In this document: positions 37,485-48,325 of the stretch, in pieces
How the letters are laid out: every line of letters starts with the position of its first letter
How positions within the stretch are numbered: position 1 is the first letter of the stretch
Assembly: GCF_963921235.1 (NCBI RefSeq)
Contig: NC_086108.1
Coordinates: 57,166,001-57,230,000 of the forward strand
DNA from: Mobula hypostoma
Lineage: Eukaryota
Reading direction: 5' to 3'
Length of the DNA stretch: 64,000 nucleotides
Translations under genes and position numbers: made by a program
The notes under the pieces: generated by a model
The model's input: the letters and a program-made list of their open reading frames with translations, nothing else
Database searches by the model: none
Told to the model about the DNA's origin: nothing

Positions 37485-37660
37485 GGAGCTGGTGTGGCAC
37501 AGTACCCAGGCTGGAGTCGGTGCTGGTGTGGCACGGTACCCACGCTGGATTCAGAGCTGGTGTGGCACAGTGCCCAGGCTGGCGTCAGAGCTGGTGTGGC
37601 ACGGTGCCCATGCTGGAGTCGGTGCTGGGGTGGCTCGGTGCCCATGCTGGAGTTGGAGCT
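37485..37660 (+). repeat. 34-bp GC-rich minisatellite, 5 copies plus a partial
   Basis: Unit GGAGCTGGTGTGGCACGGTGCCCATGCTGGAGTC at 37485, 37519, 37553, 37587, 37621. Confidence 0.95.
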
Positions 37661-39061
37661 GCCCCCGACCCCCCAGTGTTCGCTCAGCGGAAGACAAGCT
37701 CTGTTGCGGTCGTCTGCAGGTCTCTGCGGCATTGGACACCCTGAAGCATTGTTGGGGATCCCTACCACTCATCTCTTTAACCTACTACTGTCAGGTAGGA
37801 AGTGGAGGAGCATCAGGACTAGGATGGCCAGATTCGGAAACAGCATCTTCTCCCAGGCTGTAAGATGAATGAATATCCTGCCACCACTGAGGTCTTGAAA
37901 CTCACACAGTGAGCTGTCTACTGTTCACCTGTGCTATGCACTTCACATGCGTTTGGAATTGTATCTTATTAACATGCTTTTGGTAATATTTTGTTTTATG
38001 TGCTGTGTGTGATATACGTATTGTGGGAGTACTGTGGTCTGGAGGAACGTTGTTTTGTTTGGTTGTATACTGTATATGTACAGTCAGATGACTATAATCT
38101 TGAGCTCGACTTGATAGTGCATTAGGATAAGTGAAGTAAACAACAGCACAGGTATCAGACTGTAGCAAATTATTGGATACATGTTCATAAAGATACAAAT
38201 GAAATGAAGAGCTCTAATGTAAATGGTGCTAATGTTGTCTTGGACACGGAAAATTTGGTATTGAAGGTGATCATCTGAGTGTGCAGTATATCTATTCACC
38301 ACAAGGTGGCATAATTTGGCAACAAGAAGCCTGATCTTATGTTCCGGATAGACATCAGAACGAAGGAATTGTTCAATGATAAAACTTAACGGTTTGCATC
38401 CTGTCATTCTGGTAGTGGGTAATGGGTTGATTCATTACAGTGAGCTGTATTCATAACTATAATGTCTCCAACTGTTCCCGAAGTAACACAACAAAGCCCC
38501 CCACCCCCAGTGCTGCAGAACCTCAGGAACTAAAGGCCCAATATTACCACCCCACCTACCTAGCACTCCCTCTAGCCTCCACGTCCAGCACATAATTTTC
38601 CGTAACTTCCGCCATCTCCAACGGGATTCTACGCCAAGCACGTCTTCCCACTCACCCTCTTCCCCCCCCTCCCCACTTTCCAGGGATCGCTCCCTATGTG
38701 ACTCCCTTATCCACTCGTCCCTTCCCACTGATCTCCCCCCGGTACTCATCCTTGCAAGCAGAACAAATACTACACCTGCCCCTACACCTTCCTCCCTCAC
38801 CACCATTCAGGGCCCCAAACTCTCCTTCCAAATGAGGCGACACTTCACCTGTGAGTCTGTTGGGGTCATCTACTGTATCCGGTGCTCCCAGTGTGGCCTC
38901 CTGTATTTTGGTGAGACACGACGTGGATTGGGAGATCACTTTACTGAGTACCTACACTCTATTCTATATTGCACTCTATAATAAGCGGGATCTCCCGGTG
39001 GCCAGCCATTTCAGTTCTACTTTCCATTCACATTCCGACATGCCAGTCATCCTCTGCAGGG

Positions 39062-39556
39062 TGTAGTGTGTTCTATTTGAAAGCCACTTCCATCGTGCTG
39101 ATTGGTCTGTTTAAAGTTTGCGATGCTCTTCTCCCATTGGTTGGCTTATTGGCGCAATGAAGCCCATCTCTGGTTCCGGGTACCCTGAGGTATAAAAGAT
39201 AGTACGTACAGAGGGTTTACTCCCTCTCTTTCCCGCCACTCATGAGGCCCAACTTCAAGCTGAATTTGCAACCAGTCCTAAAGGACCACTGAGAGAGAAC
39301 TTTTCAGACATAGACAACCACAGCCCCACCCCGCACAGTTTGTTTAGTTAAGTACCTGTCCGTAACATGCTGATTTCTGGGGTTTTATATATTGGGAAGG
39401 TTTAGCAGAGTACGGTGTAGTGGTTTTGGGTAGCTTAGATGAACACTTGTTTAGCTAGTTGCCTGATTTAGTGTTTCACTATTCACTTTTTAAGTAAACA
39501 CCTCATGTACCCATTTTTCACTAATTGTATCCTTGTACCTGCTCTCCCGTGTTACA
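39062..39556 (+). mobile_element. Putative solo LTR
   Basis: TGTAG...GTTACA ends, TATAAAA at 39191, AGTAAA near 39493; no clean TSD. Confidence 0.55.
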
Positions 39557-40550
39557 CAGTCATAGTCATACTTTATTGATCCCGAGGGAAATTGGTTTTC
39601 ATTACAGTTGCACCATAAATAATTAAATAGTAATAAAACCATAAATAATTAAATAGTAATATGTAAATTATGCCAGGAAATAAGTCCAGGACCAGCCTAT
39701 TGGTTCAGGGTGTCTGACCCTCCAAGGGAGGAGTTGTAAAGTTTGATGGCCACAGGCAGGAATGACTTCCTATGACGCTCTGTGTTGCATCTCGGTGGAA
39801 TGAGTCTCTGGCTGAATGTACTCCTGTGCCCAACCAGTCCATTATGTAGTGGATGGGAGACATTGTCCAAGATGGCATGCAACTTGGACAGCATCCTCTT
39901 TTCAGACGCCACTGTCAGAGAGTCCAGTTCCATCCCCACAACATCACTGGCCTTACGAATGAGTTTGTTGATTCTGTTGGTGTCTGCTACCCTCAGCCTG
40001 CTGCCCCAGCACACAACAGCAAACATGATCGCACTGGCCACCGCAGACTCGTAGAACATCCTCAGCATCATCCAACAGATGTTAAAGGATCTCAGTCTCC
40101 TCAGGAAATAGAGATGGCTTTGACCCCTCTTGTAGACAGCCTCAGTGTTCTTTGACCAGTCCAGTTTATTGTCGATTCGTATCCCCAAGTATTTGTAATC
40201 CTCACCATGTCCACACTGACCCCCTGGATGGAAACAGGAGTCACCAGTGCCTTAGCTCTCCTCAGGTCTATCACCAGCTCCTTAGTCTTTTTCACATTAA
40301 GCTGCAGATAATTCTGCTCACACTATGTGACAAAGTTTCCTACCGTAGCCCTGTACTCAGCCTCGTCTCCCTTGTTGATGCATCCAACTATGGCAGAGTC
40401 ATCAGAAAACTCCTGAAGATGACAAGACTCTGTGCAGTAGTGAAGTCCGAGATGTAAATGGTGAAGAGAAAGGGAGACAAGACACTCCCCTGTGGAGCCC
40501 CAGTGCTGCTAATCACTCTGTCAGACACACAGTGTTTCAAGCACACATAC
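39557..40550 (-). mobile_element. Rex1/Babar LINE, 5'-truncated
   Basis: TGAPQGSVLSPFLF, KTKELVIDLRR, LYFLRRLRSF, RKSFLPVAIKLYN; (ATGACT)n tail. Confidence 0.9.
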
Positions 40551-41861
40551 ATCAGTCCATGACCTCCTCTACTGTCATGATGAGCCCACACTCAGGTTGG
40601 AAGAACAATGCCTTATCTTCTGTCTGGGTAGCCTCCAACCTGATGGCTTGAACATTGATTTCTCAAACTTCTGGTAATTGCCCCCCGCCTCCTTCACCAT
40701 TCCCCATTCCCATTTCTGATGAAGGGTTTAGGCTGGAAATGTCAACTGTTTACTCTTTTCCATAGATGCTGCCTGGCCTGCTGAGTTCCTCCAGCATTTT
40801 GTGTGTGTTGCGCCCAATATTAACTTTTCTCCCCCCATATTTACTACATTTAATACAACTAGTCAGTCTACATCTATTTTCCATAATACATCGGCGCCTT
40901 GAACAGTAAAAATTGGCTCACTGTGAAATTCTACTCAAGGTTCTTTGTAGTCGTATTTTCTTAAAGTTGCCTGCTTATACGATGAAATGTCAGGAAATTC
41001 TTAGAAACTTTCTATATTTCCTTTTTTTTCTGTTTCAGTTTCCCTATTCTATTGAGCAACTTTCTTCCCACAATGCGACTTCTTCATGGACGATGCCATG
41101 TAATCCTTGGTCATCAGTTGTTAGAAAACTCTTAAAGTGAGCTTAGCCTACAAAAGGGTCACTTGATTTATTAAACATTTATCTTTGAAGGTATGGCCTG
41201 CAGTGGCTCGGCTGGCATTCATTGCTCTCCCTCACACGTCTTGATTTGACGTTGGTGGCTTACCAGGGCATTTGCGTTAATATAGGCCTGAGTACCAAAG
41301 AGTAACAGGTTTTCTTCCTTGGAAGGCTTTAGTGAACCAGAGAGGTTTTTAATGACATTCCAGTAGTTTGTGCCTAAAGATTTTTTATAAGATTTGCCAC
41401 ATTATTTACCGAATTTACATTCTACAGCTGTCATGACAGGATTTGAACTCAGATCTCAGGATTGATTTTGGGTTTGATAATTCAGTACCTGCTGCATGAC
41501 CATGACTATAAAACTACCCTCACTGCAGTGATTTGCATTCACATATAGGCATTTCTACCGGTAATCAGCAGAGCACACAAATTTATCCTCCCCCCACCCC
41601 ACCCCGCCCAATGATCCTTATACCAACTGCAGAAATCACTGACCTAGTTGATAACTAAATCAACAGAAACCAAGCAGTGACCTTCTGATTTTCATTTACC
41701 TGCTGAGCTACAGATGTATTCTGTAAAGCTTACATTTGAAAGGATTGCAATTTGTAGAATGGTAATATACGATTTTCTAAACACTTTACTTTTCAACCAC
41801 TTTGCAAACTTTTCTACATTTGCAATTCCTCACACTTGTGATTTCCCCATGCAGGGAATCA

Positions 41862-42217
41862 TTAGATAAGATAGAGACAGCAAAGTTGTTTCCACTGGTA
41901 GGTGAGACTAGAACTAGAGGACATAGCTCAAGATTTGGGAGAGTAGATTTAGGATGGAGATGAGGAAGAACTGCTTTTCCTAGAGAGTGGTGAAACTGTG
42001 GAATTCTCTGCCCAGTGAAGCAGCAGAGGCTACCACAGTAAATATATTTAAGACAAGGTTGGATCGATTTTTGCATAGTAGGGGAATTAAGATTTATGGG
42101 GTAAAGGCTGGTAGGTGGGGATGAGTCCATCAGCCATGATGTTATTGAATGGCGGAGCAGGCTCGACAGGCCAGATGGCCTATTCCTGCTCCTATTTCTT
42201 ATGTTCTTATGTTCTTA
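41862..42217 (+). mobile_element. CR1 3' fragment
   Basis: TRTRGHS motif and (TTCTTATG)n tail. Confidence 0.88.
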
Positions 42218-43974
42218 TCAGTTTATTTCTCTTCCTCTTTTTATTCTACCAAAAATGACTCAGCATCACTACTGTGCTGGCCAATTGGGCATCTATGGCT
42301 TTTGAGTAAGCAATCAAGTCAGTCCCAGTCTCCCATAGCCCTGATAACTATTTCCCCTCAATGCCCATTCTATTTCATTTTTAAAGTGTGATTGACCCTG
42401 CTTCAGGCAGTGACTTATATTTCACGGGTAAGTAATTTTGGAGCTAGAGAAATCAGGCCAACATCATCATTGTCATAACCCCCACAACAATGTTTATTCA
42501 GAAAAATGGTTTATAAGTATTTTCACAGTTGCTGCCAGAGACCTCTCCAAGGCTAGAATATAATAGAGAATTCATGAGGGAGATGACCTTTAACATGGAC
42601 TGGTTCAATGGTTGCTATGTGCCTGGTGTTTTCTCTCATGATACAAAATAACATGAAGCAAAAAACCTGTAGAAGCAATATTATATTTAGTGAGGAAGGC
42701 ATCAACAGGAGACCTTGCCTACTGGAATCCAGCACCTCTTTTGGAAGAATAAAGAAAGCTAAATCAAGGACTGAATTGGCTGCAATGCTTTCCTTCACCT
42801 TATCTTTCCCTTGGTTAAGGAAAAAGCTAGCCACCTCGGCTTGTTCTGGAGTCCATAGTATTGTACCTTGGCATATGGTCAGCTGGAATGAGAAGGGAGA
42901 AGTGAGAATCTTGTGTGCTTGCTAACCTGCCTCCTCACCAATAAAAATGGTGTTCTGTCATAAAATTTTCTGTCATAAGTATAAAGGGTGTTGACCTGAA
43001 GATAATCTTCTTTACACTAAGGAGTGAGGAGAAAGTTTTTTGTACATCATCTAATCAGCACTGTGAAGCGTTCCAGACACAATGCCCAGTATATTTGATC
43101 TTCTAGGTTTACTTCACTTTAATGAAATACATTTTAATGACATTGTGTTCCCATGATCTTGATATTGCTGAGCCCATGAACCCTTCCTCCATTCTCTTGC
43201 ATATGGTGAAACAATATTGTGGGTAGCAAGTTGAGACCAGCCCAGTGATAGGCAATTTATTGCCTGTTTATCTATGGTGCTTAGCCAACAATTATTTTCA
43301 CATGCATGTCTTTCCATGGTTTTGTTCACATACACATTAGGTTTCAGATGTCAGCAAAACCAAGATTCAGGCACTTTCCCTTTCTTCTGTTTCCTGGTTA
43401 GTGAGAGAAAGTTATGGAATCCTACTGGGAGAGAGAAAGACGGCACTGGCATTGTACAAGTGAACAGAGCTTAACAAATGACATGGTTGATAGTTTTACC
43501 GCATTTTCTTAGTCCATGCGTTTTCATCTCCCATCAAGAACCATTTGCCTTTGATGAATAATTACTCATAGTGAGAAGATTAAGATCATGAAGTATCACA
43601 GGATCACCCAATCACGTCGAACAGCTTGTTGAGACGCATCGGACAATAGTTACAGGGTACTGTATGTCCTTCAAGGCAGGGCTTCAGACTGTGCGCACTG
43701 GCAGCAAGGTTCGCAGTAGGATTGTTCTTTGATCTTGCAGATGAACATGGCAGGATTGATCAAAGCTCAGCCCGATTCTGCCGTCCATTTTTCCTCATGT
43801 GTATAATTACTTACTTATGACTACGCAGAATGACAATATTTGGTCCATCAAGGTTCTACTGACTCACAGTAGGGCAACCCTTTCAGTCCTATTCTCTCTC
43901 TAGGTAATTCCCCGTAACATGGCAAATATTTGTTTTGGATACCCATTAATTCCTCTCTGATTCTTTTGCTATTT

Positions 43975-44172
43975 CACTACACCAGGGCGTAATTCACATC
44001 AGCCAATAAACCTCATCATGTTTTTGGAGTGTGGGAGGAAGCTAAAGAACCCAACAAATTCCATACAGTTACAGGAAGAACATATAAATTCCACACCATC
44101 AGCTTCCCAACATCAGGATCAAAGCTGGGTCTCTGCAGTTATGAGGCAGCAGCACTAAATGCTGATGTGCAG
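43975..44172 (-). mobile_element. Degraded V-SINE
   Basis: TTGGAGTGTGGGAGGAAG...ACAGGAAGAACATATAAATTCC. Confidence 0.6.
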
Positions 44173-44631
44173 CCTTTGGATGACTGGATAGTGATCTGGA
44201 ATGGGATCTCCAGATGGATTTTTCTATTCCATTTCAAGTAATCTGAGACCAACCACTGCAAGCTCCTGTAAAATGTGCAGACAGCAAAGTGGCCTTTTCC
44301 AAGTGTGTGTGATTTGGTTTCACTCATAGCATATGACCAATAATAATTGGCAATTACATTATCTGTACACTCAGGCTGGCCTGTGCTATAGCGATGGCCA
44401 TTTCTGGTTTTATAAGTTGTTCCATAATGTATTAATGTGCAGAAAAGATCTTTCAGCTATCGTATAATTTGCTTGTTGCTTTATCTTGAATGAATCCCAT
44501 TGTTTAGACATGCTATTCTTTTTTTTTGCTTCATTGGTACATCATTTGTAATACATTGAATTTGCTACACCATAATTGTTTTGGATCTGTTTTCAATGCT
44601 TACAGACATTATTCTGTCTTTCTCTCTAAAG

Positions 44632-45178
44632 CAGGGTTTCCCAATTTTTTTTATGCCACGGACCCTTATGATTAACCAAGGGATTTGTAGCCTCGAACCA
44701 CTAACCAAGGGATTTGTGGACCCCAACCATTAGCCAAAGGGTTCATGGACCCCAGCAACTATTAACCAAGGGGTTCATGGACCCCAACTATTAACCAAGG
44801 GGTTTGTGGACCCCAACTACTAACCAAGGAATTTGTGGCCCCCAACTATTAACCAAGGGGTTCATGGCCCCCAACCATTATCCAAGGGATTTGTGGCCCC
44901 CAACTATTAACCAAGAGGCTTATGGCCCCCAACTATTAACCAAGGGGTTCATGGCCCCCAACCATTAACCAAAGGATTTATGGACTCCAACCATTAACCA
45001 AGGGATTCGTGGACTCCAACCATTAACCACGGGGTTCATGGACCCCAAATATTAACCAAAGGATTTATGGACTCCAACCATTAACCAAGGGATTCGTGGA
45101 CTCCAACCGTTAACCACGGGTTTCATGGACCACAACCATAAACTGAGGGGTTCATGGACTCCAGGTTGGGAACCCCTG
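44632..45178. mobile_element. hAT/Charlie-type MITE with internally expanded 29-bp tandem array
   Basis: TIRs CAGGGTTTCCCAA / TTGGGAACCCCTG; 8-bp TSD CTCTAAAG (44624-44631) vs CACTAAAG (45179-45186). Confidence 0.88.
44659..45162 (+). repeat. 29-bp minisatellite, ~17 copies
   Basis: Consensus GGACCCCAACYATTAACCAAGGGGTTCAT. Confidence 0.95.
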
Positions 45179-46789
45179 CACTAAAGGATGGGCAGTAATG
45201 TTCCTTTTAGTTACAGAGCACCAAACACTGAAGCAAGTGGGCACAGAGCACAAAAAACAGAAGGTGAATGAATAAATTCACAAGATTACTTGATAATTTT
45301 ATTGGAAAATTTGGAATTCTAGAGATAGGTTCCATTTCATTTCTGAAATCATTTGGATGTTAATTTTGAGCATTCATACGTTTACCTAGAGATACAAATA
45401 TATCCTTGGAGTAAATAATGGCTCAGTGGGTAAGAGTGAATTTAAATTGGGACTGTTTCTTCATGGATTCTTTTTAATTTTAAATCGGATGATCTTAGGT
45501 GTAGTGCTAACGAAGGCCACAGCAGACAAAAATTTCCACCACTACCAGTGTCTTCTGCTGAAAAGTGAGTGAAGAATTGTGGAATGCTGGCATGGCATTA
45601 GACAGTATCATGGAAACATAAAGTGAGATGCGGTGGCCAAAACAAAGGAAGGCGATTATATTTATGTTTAATGGCCCTGATATTTAAAGATAATGTGAGC
45701 TCCTGACACCGAACACCATTTGGTGTCCACAAAGACAGGTCTGCCCAGAAAGGTCTGCATTTAAAATATTAGGTGTGACCAAGGGATTTCCCCTTCCTCA
45801 GAGTATTAAAGTTTTTTAAAAAAGTACCTTTTTGGATCTCACATCCCTGTCTTCTCAGTAATTTAGCTGGCTGTGGACTGGTAGAGACAACAGCTTCTCC
45901 CCATGGTTACCGACTAAAAATTACTGTCAGCTCTTAGTAATGTCATTGGAATGCATTTATTCCAAAGATGAAAAGGACCCGGCTGACTTTAGGTGGCTGC
46001 TTATGTTGCCTATTCAGCAGAATTTGTGATTATTGGCCCCAGCACTGATACTTTTTAACAGTCCAAATGCCTGATTTCAACTAGGTGAGCAGAATTAAAA
46101 TCTCCCACAGTGTTAAATTGAAGGTTTGATTCCTGGTTGGCACTGAGTTATCATGTTCCATTTAATGTACTATATCACTATTGCAATTGAAATGTGCACA
46201 TGGATGTCAAGTGAGGATAACAGTGTACATTAAGTCAAATTCATTGTTATTTGGTCTTTCAGAATTGCATCTTCAAAGGTGCATCAATAAACCCCCTGAT
46301 TCCAAAGAACAGTTCCAAGGAATGAGTTTCAATGAATGGAGAGGAAAAAGTCTAATGTTTATTTTGTCTGATGTTTCAATAGACGTTGTCAATTTAGATT
46401 GAAGGAACATCAAGATCTGCTTTTCCTGCTATGCATTTAAACATTGCGCACTCCGAAGATCAAATAGTTATATTTCTGCCTAAAGTTAATAAAATCAGAA
46501 CCAGACCAACATGAATGGTTTCAACTGTTCTAGCCTCAATCAGTTTTGAAATGTACAGAAATATTTAAATGTTTGGAACAAGGTTTTGGCACAACATGGA
46601 ACCATCTGTAGATTTTGATTTTGATTTTCATTTACTGTTGAATTCACTGCAAATTCACTGTCAGATATGAAGTTCTTCTCCTCTCTTTCTGACAGGATTT
46701 CTAGCTCTCCTTTTTGCTTCGTTCATCCTCAGTGGTTTTGCTTTCTGTCTTTTGTCAACCTGAAACTAACCTGTTTTTTTCTCTTTCCC

Positions 46790-46826
46790 AGTTCTGACCA
46801 AGGATCTTTGACCTGAAACATTAATA
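46790..46826 (+). ncRNA. Degenerate Penelope-type hammerhead relic
   Basis: GTT-CTGACCA-AGG(ATCTTTGA)CCT-GAAA-CATTAA; core mutated. Confidence 0.45.
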
Positions 46827-47159
46827 GTTCCCTCTGTCCACAGCATTCACTGTTTTCACTTGAAGTTTCCAGGATCTGCTATTATTATTTGATTTTCAGA
46901 GCCATTCTAGTTCAGGAATGAATTGCCATATGAAGAAAGAAATCTTTCCGTTATTCTTAATTAGGTAGTGCCATAGACTGATCATTGTGTTTAGTTCCTG
47001 GACGATGAGAAGACAATGAATATATGTTTAAAAGGTTCTAATAATTCAAATAATTAACTCTCATTATGTTTAATTAAGCTACAATCCATCTTAATGACTC
47101 AGAGAAACAGAGTCTGTGAAAGTGGAATCATTGTAACATGGTTTTCAGGATTCAGTAGA

Positions 47160-47230
47160 ATGGCATTTCACAACCTTTTTTACACCATGGATCCCTACCA
47201 TTAACTGAGGACCCCACATTGGGAACCACT
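47160..47230. mobile_element. Short unexpanded relative of the 44.6 kb MITE
   Basis: CAACCTTTTTTACACCATGGATCCCTACCATTAACTGAGGACCCCACATTGGGAACCACTG carries a single repeat unit and the same right TIR. Confidence 0.7.
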
Positions 47231-47504
47231 GCATTAGGTGATTATGGTTTGGAATTAGCAACAAAAAAGAACAGTTATTTTGAACCTTAATGATTTCCTT
47301 ATTCTTCCATCCTGCAACAGAGATAACTGGTGATCCTGAAAAATATTGGTTGACATTTCATCTTGGAACTCAACCCAACGTTATGTTTCAATAGACTTGG
47401 ATAGAAAGGTGACGGGCTCAACAAAACAGTGGCTTTTCCTTACTTATAAAGCTCTCCAAAATCTTGACTCCTTCAGTGAAATCTCCATTTGATCTTGTCA
47501 ACTT

Positions 47505-47796
47505 AAACATAGAACTTAGAACGTAGAAGTCTACGGCACATTACAGGCCCTTCGGCCCACAATGTTGTGCTGCCAATGCAACCTACTCTAGAAACTGCCT
47601 GGAATTTCTCTACCACATAGCCCTCTATTTTTCTAAGCTCTATGTACCTATCTGAGAGTCTCTTAAAAGACCGTACTATATCCACCTCTAGAACTGTTGC
47701 TAGCAGTGCATTCCATGCACCCACCACTCTCCGTGTGAAAAACCTACCCCTGACATCCGCATGGTACCTACTTCCAATCACCTTAAAACTATGCCT
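47505..47796 (-). mobile_element. CR1 3' fragment
   Basis: HSFKVIGSRYHADVRGRFFTRRVVGAWNAL. Confidence 0.88.
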
Positions 47797-48183
47797 CAAA
47801 CAAAACAAGCCTTATACAAAACAAGCTTTTTTAACGAATTCTTAGTCTTTCTACTCTGATTTATAACAACACATTCCTTTTGCATTTTTTCAGTGACTTG
47901 TCACCCTTCCTAAAGATATCACTGATGTGCTATACAGGATCCATGCTCTGCCCTGACAAAAAAATTGAGAGTCTGCCAAAAGTTGGTACACCTTTGCTTT
48001 AAGAATCATAGTGGTGGTTTACTCATGTTTAAAAGTATTAGAAGCGGAATTATGCATTCACAGATAGCAGATGCTGCCGGACCTCACAACTGTGTAACTA
48101 AACCCCAAGCATTGGAAAGGGTGGGGGAAGTGGAGAGAATGTTTTTGGAGAAAATAAGATAGAAGAAAGGATTAATTCAAGTA

Positions 48184-48227
48184 GCACACACAAAATGCCG
48201 GAGGAACTCAGCAGGTCAGGCAGCATC
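48184..48227 (-). mobile_element. 44-bp Penelope 3'-end micro-insertion
   Basis: Homologous to the pLTR end; 11-bp TSD TAATTCAAGTA at 48173-48183 and 48228-48238. Confidence 0.8.
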
Positions 48228-48325
48228 TAATTCAAGTAAAGCTCCTGCATAACGTGTAATATAATCCTTCTTGTTAATTGTGTCTGAACAATGGAGTTCA
48301 TATTTTGTGATGCACTGAACCAATT

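Larger units (their letters stand above)
36415..38112 (+). mobile_element. Rex1/Babar LINE interrupted (~37300-37740) by a GC-rich insert with micro- and minisatellite
   Basis: PQGCVLSPLLF, KFADGTTVV, WCENNNLSL, FYRSTIES; 3' part RMARFGNSIF resumes after 37740. Confidence 0.85.
38547..40811 (+). mobile_element. Penelope-like element 3' part (GIY-YIG region + pLTR), split by nested insertions
   Basis: 38547-39048 and 40551-40811 are homologous to 5430-6419; 11-bp TSD GCCCAATATTA at 38536-38546 and 40812-40822; hammerhead core at 40716-40747. Confidence 0.9.

Noticed and set aside
37382..37868. Several overlapping ORFs over 100 aa
   Set aside because: GC-rich minisatellite lacking stops plus LINE remnant; no protein motif
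43610..43790. CpG-containing unique segment, possible exon
   Set aside because: No frame on either strand gives a recognisable product
44659..45162. CRISPR-like palindromic repeat array
   Set aside because: No spacers; explained by expansion inside a MITE with TIRs and TSD
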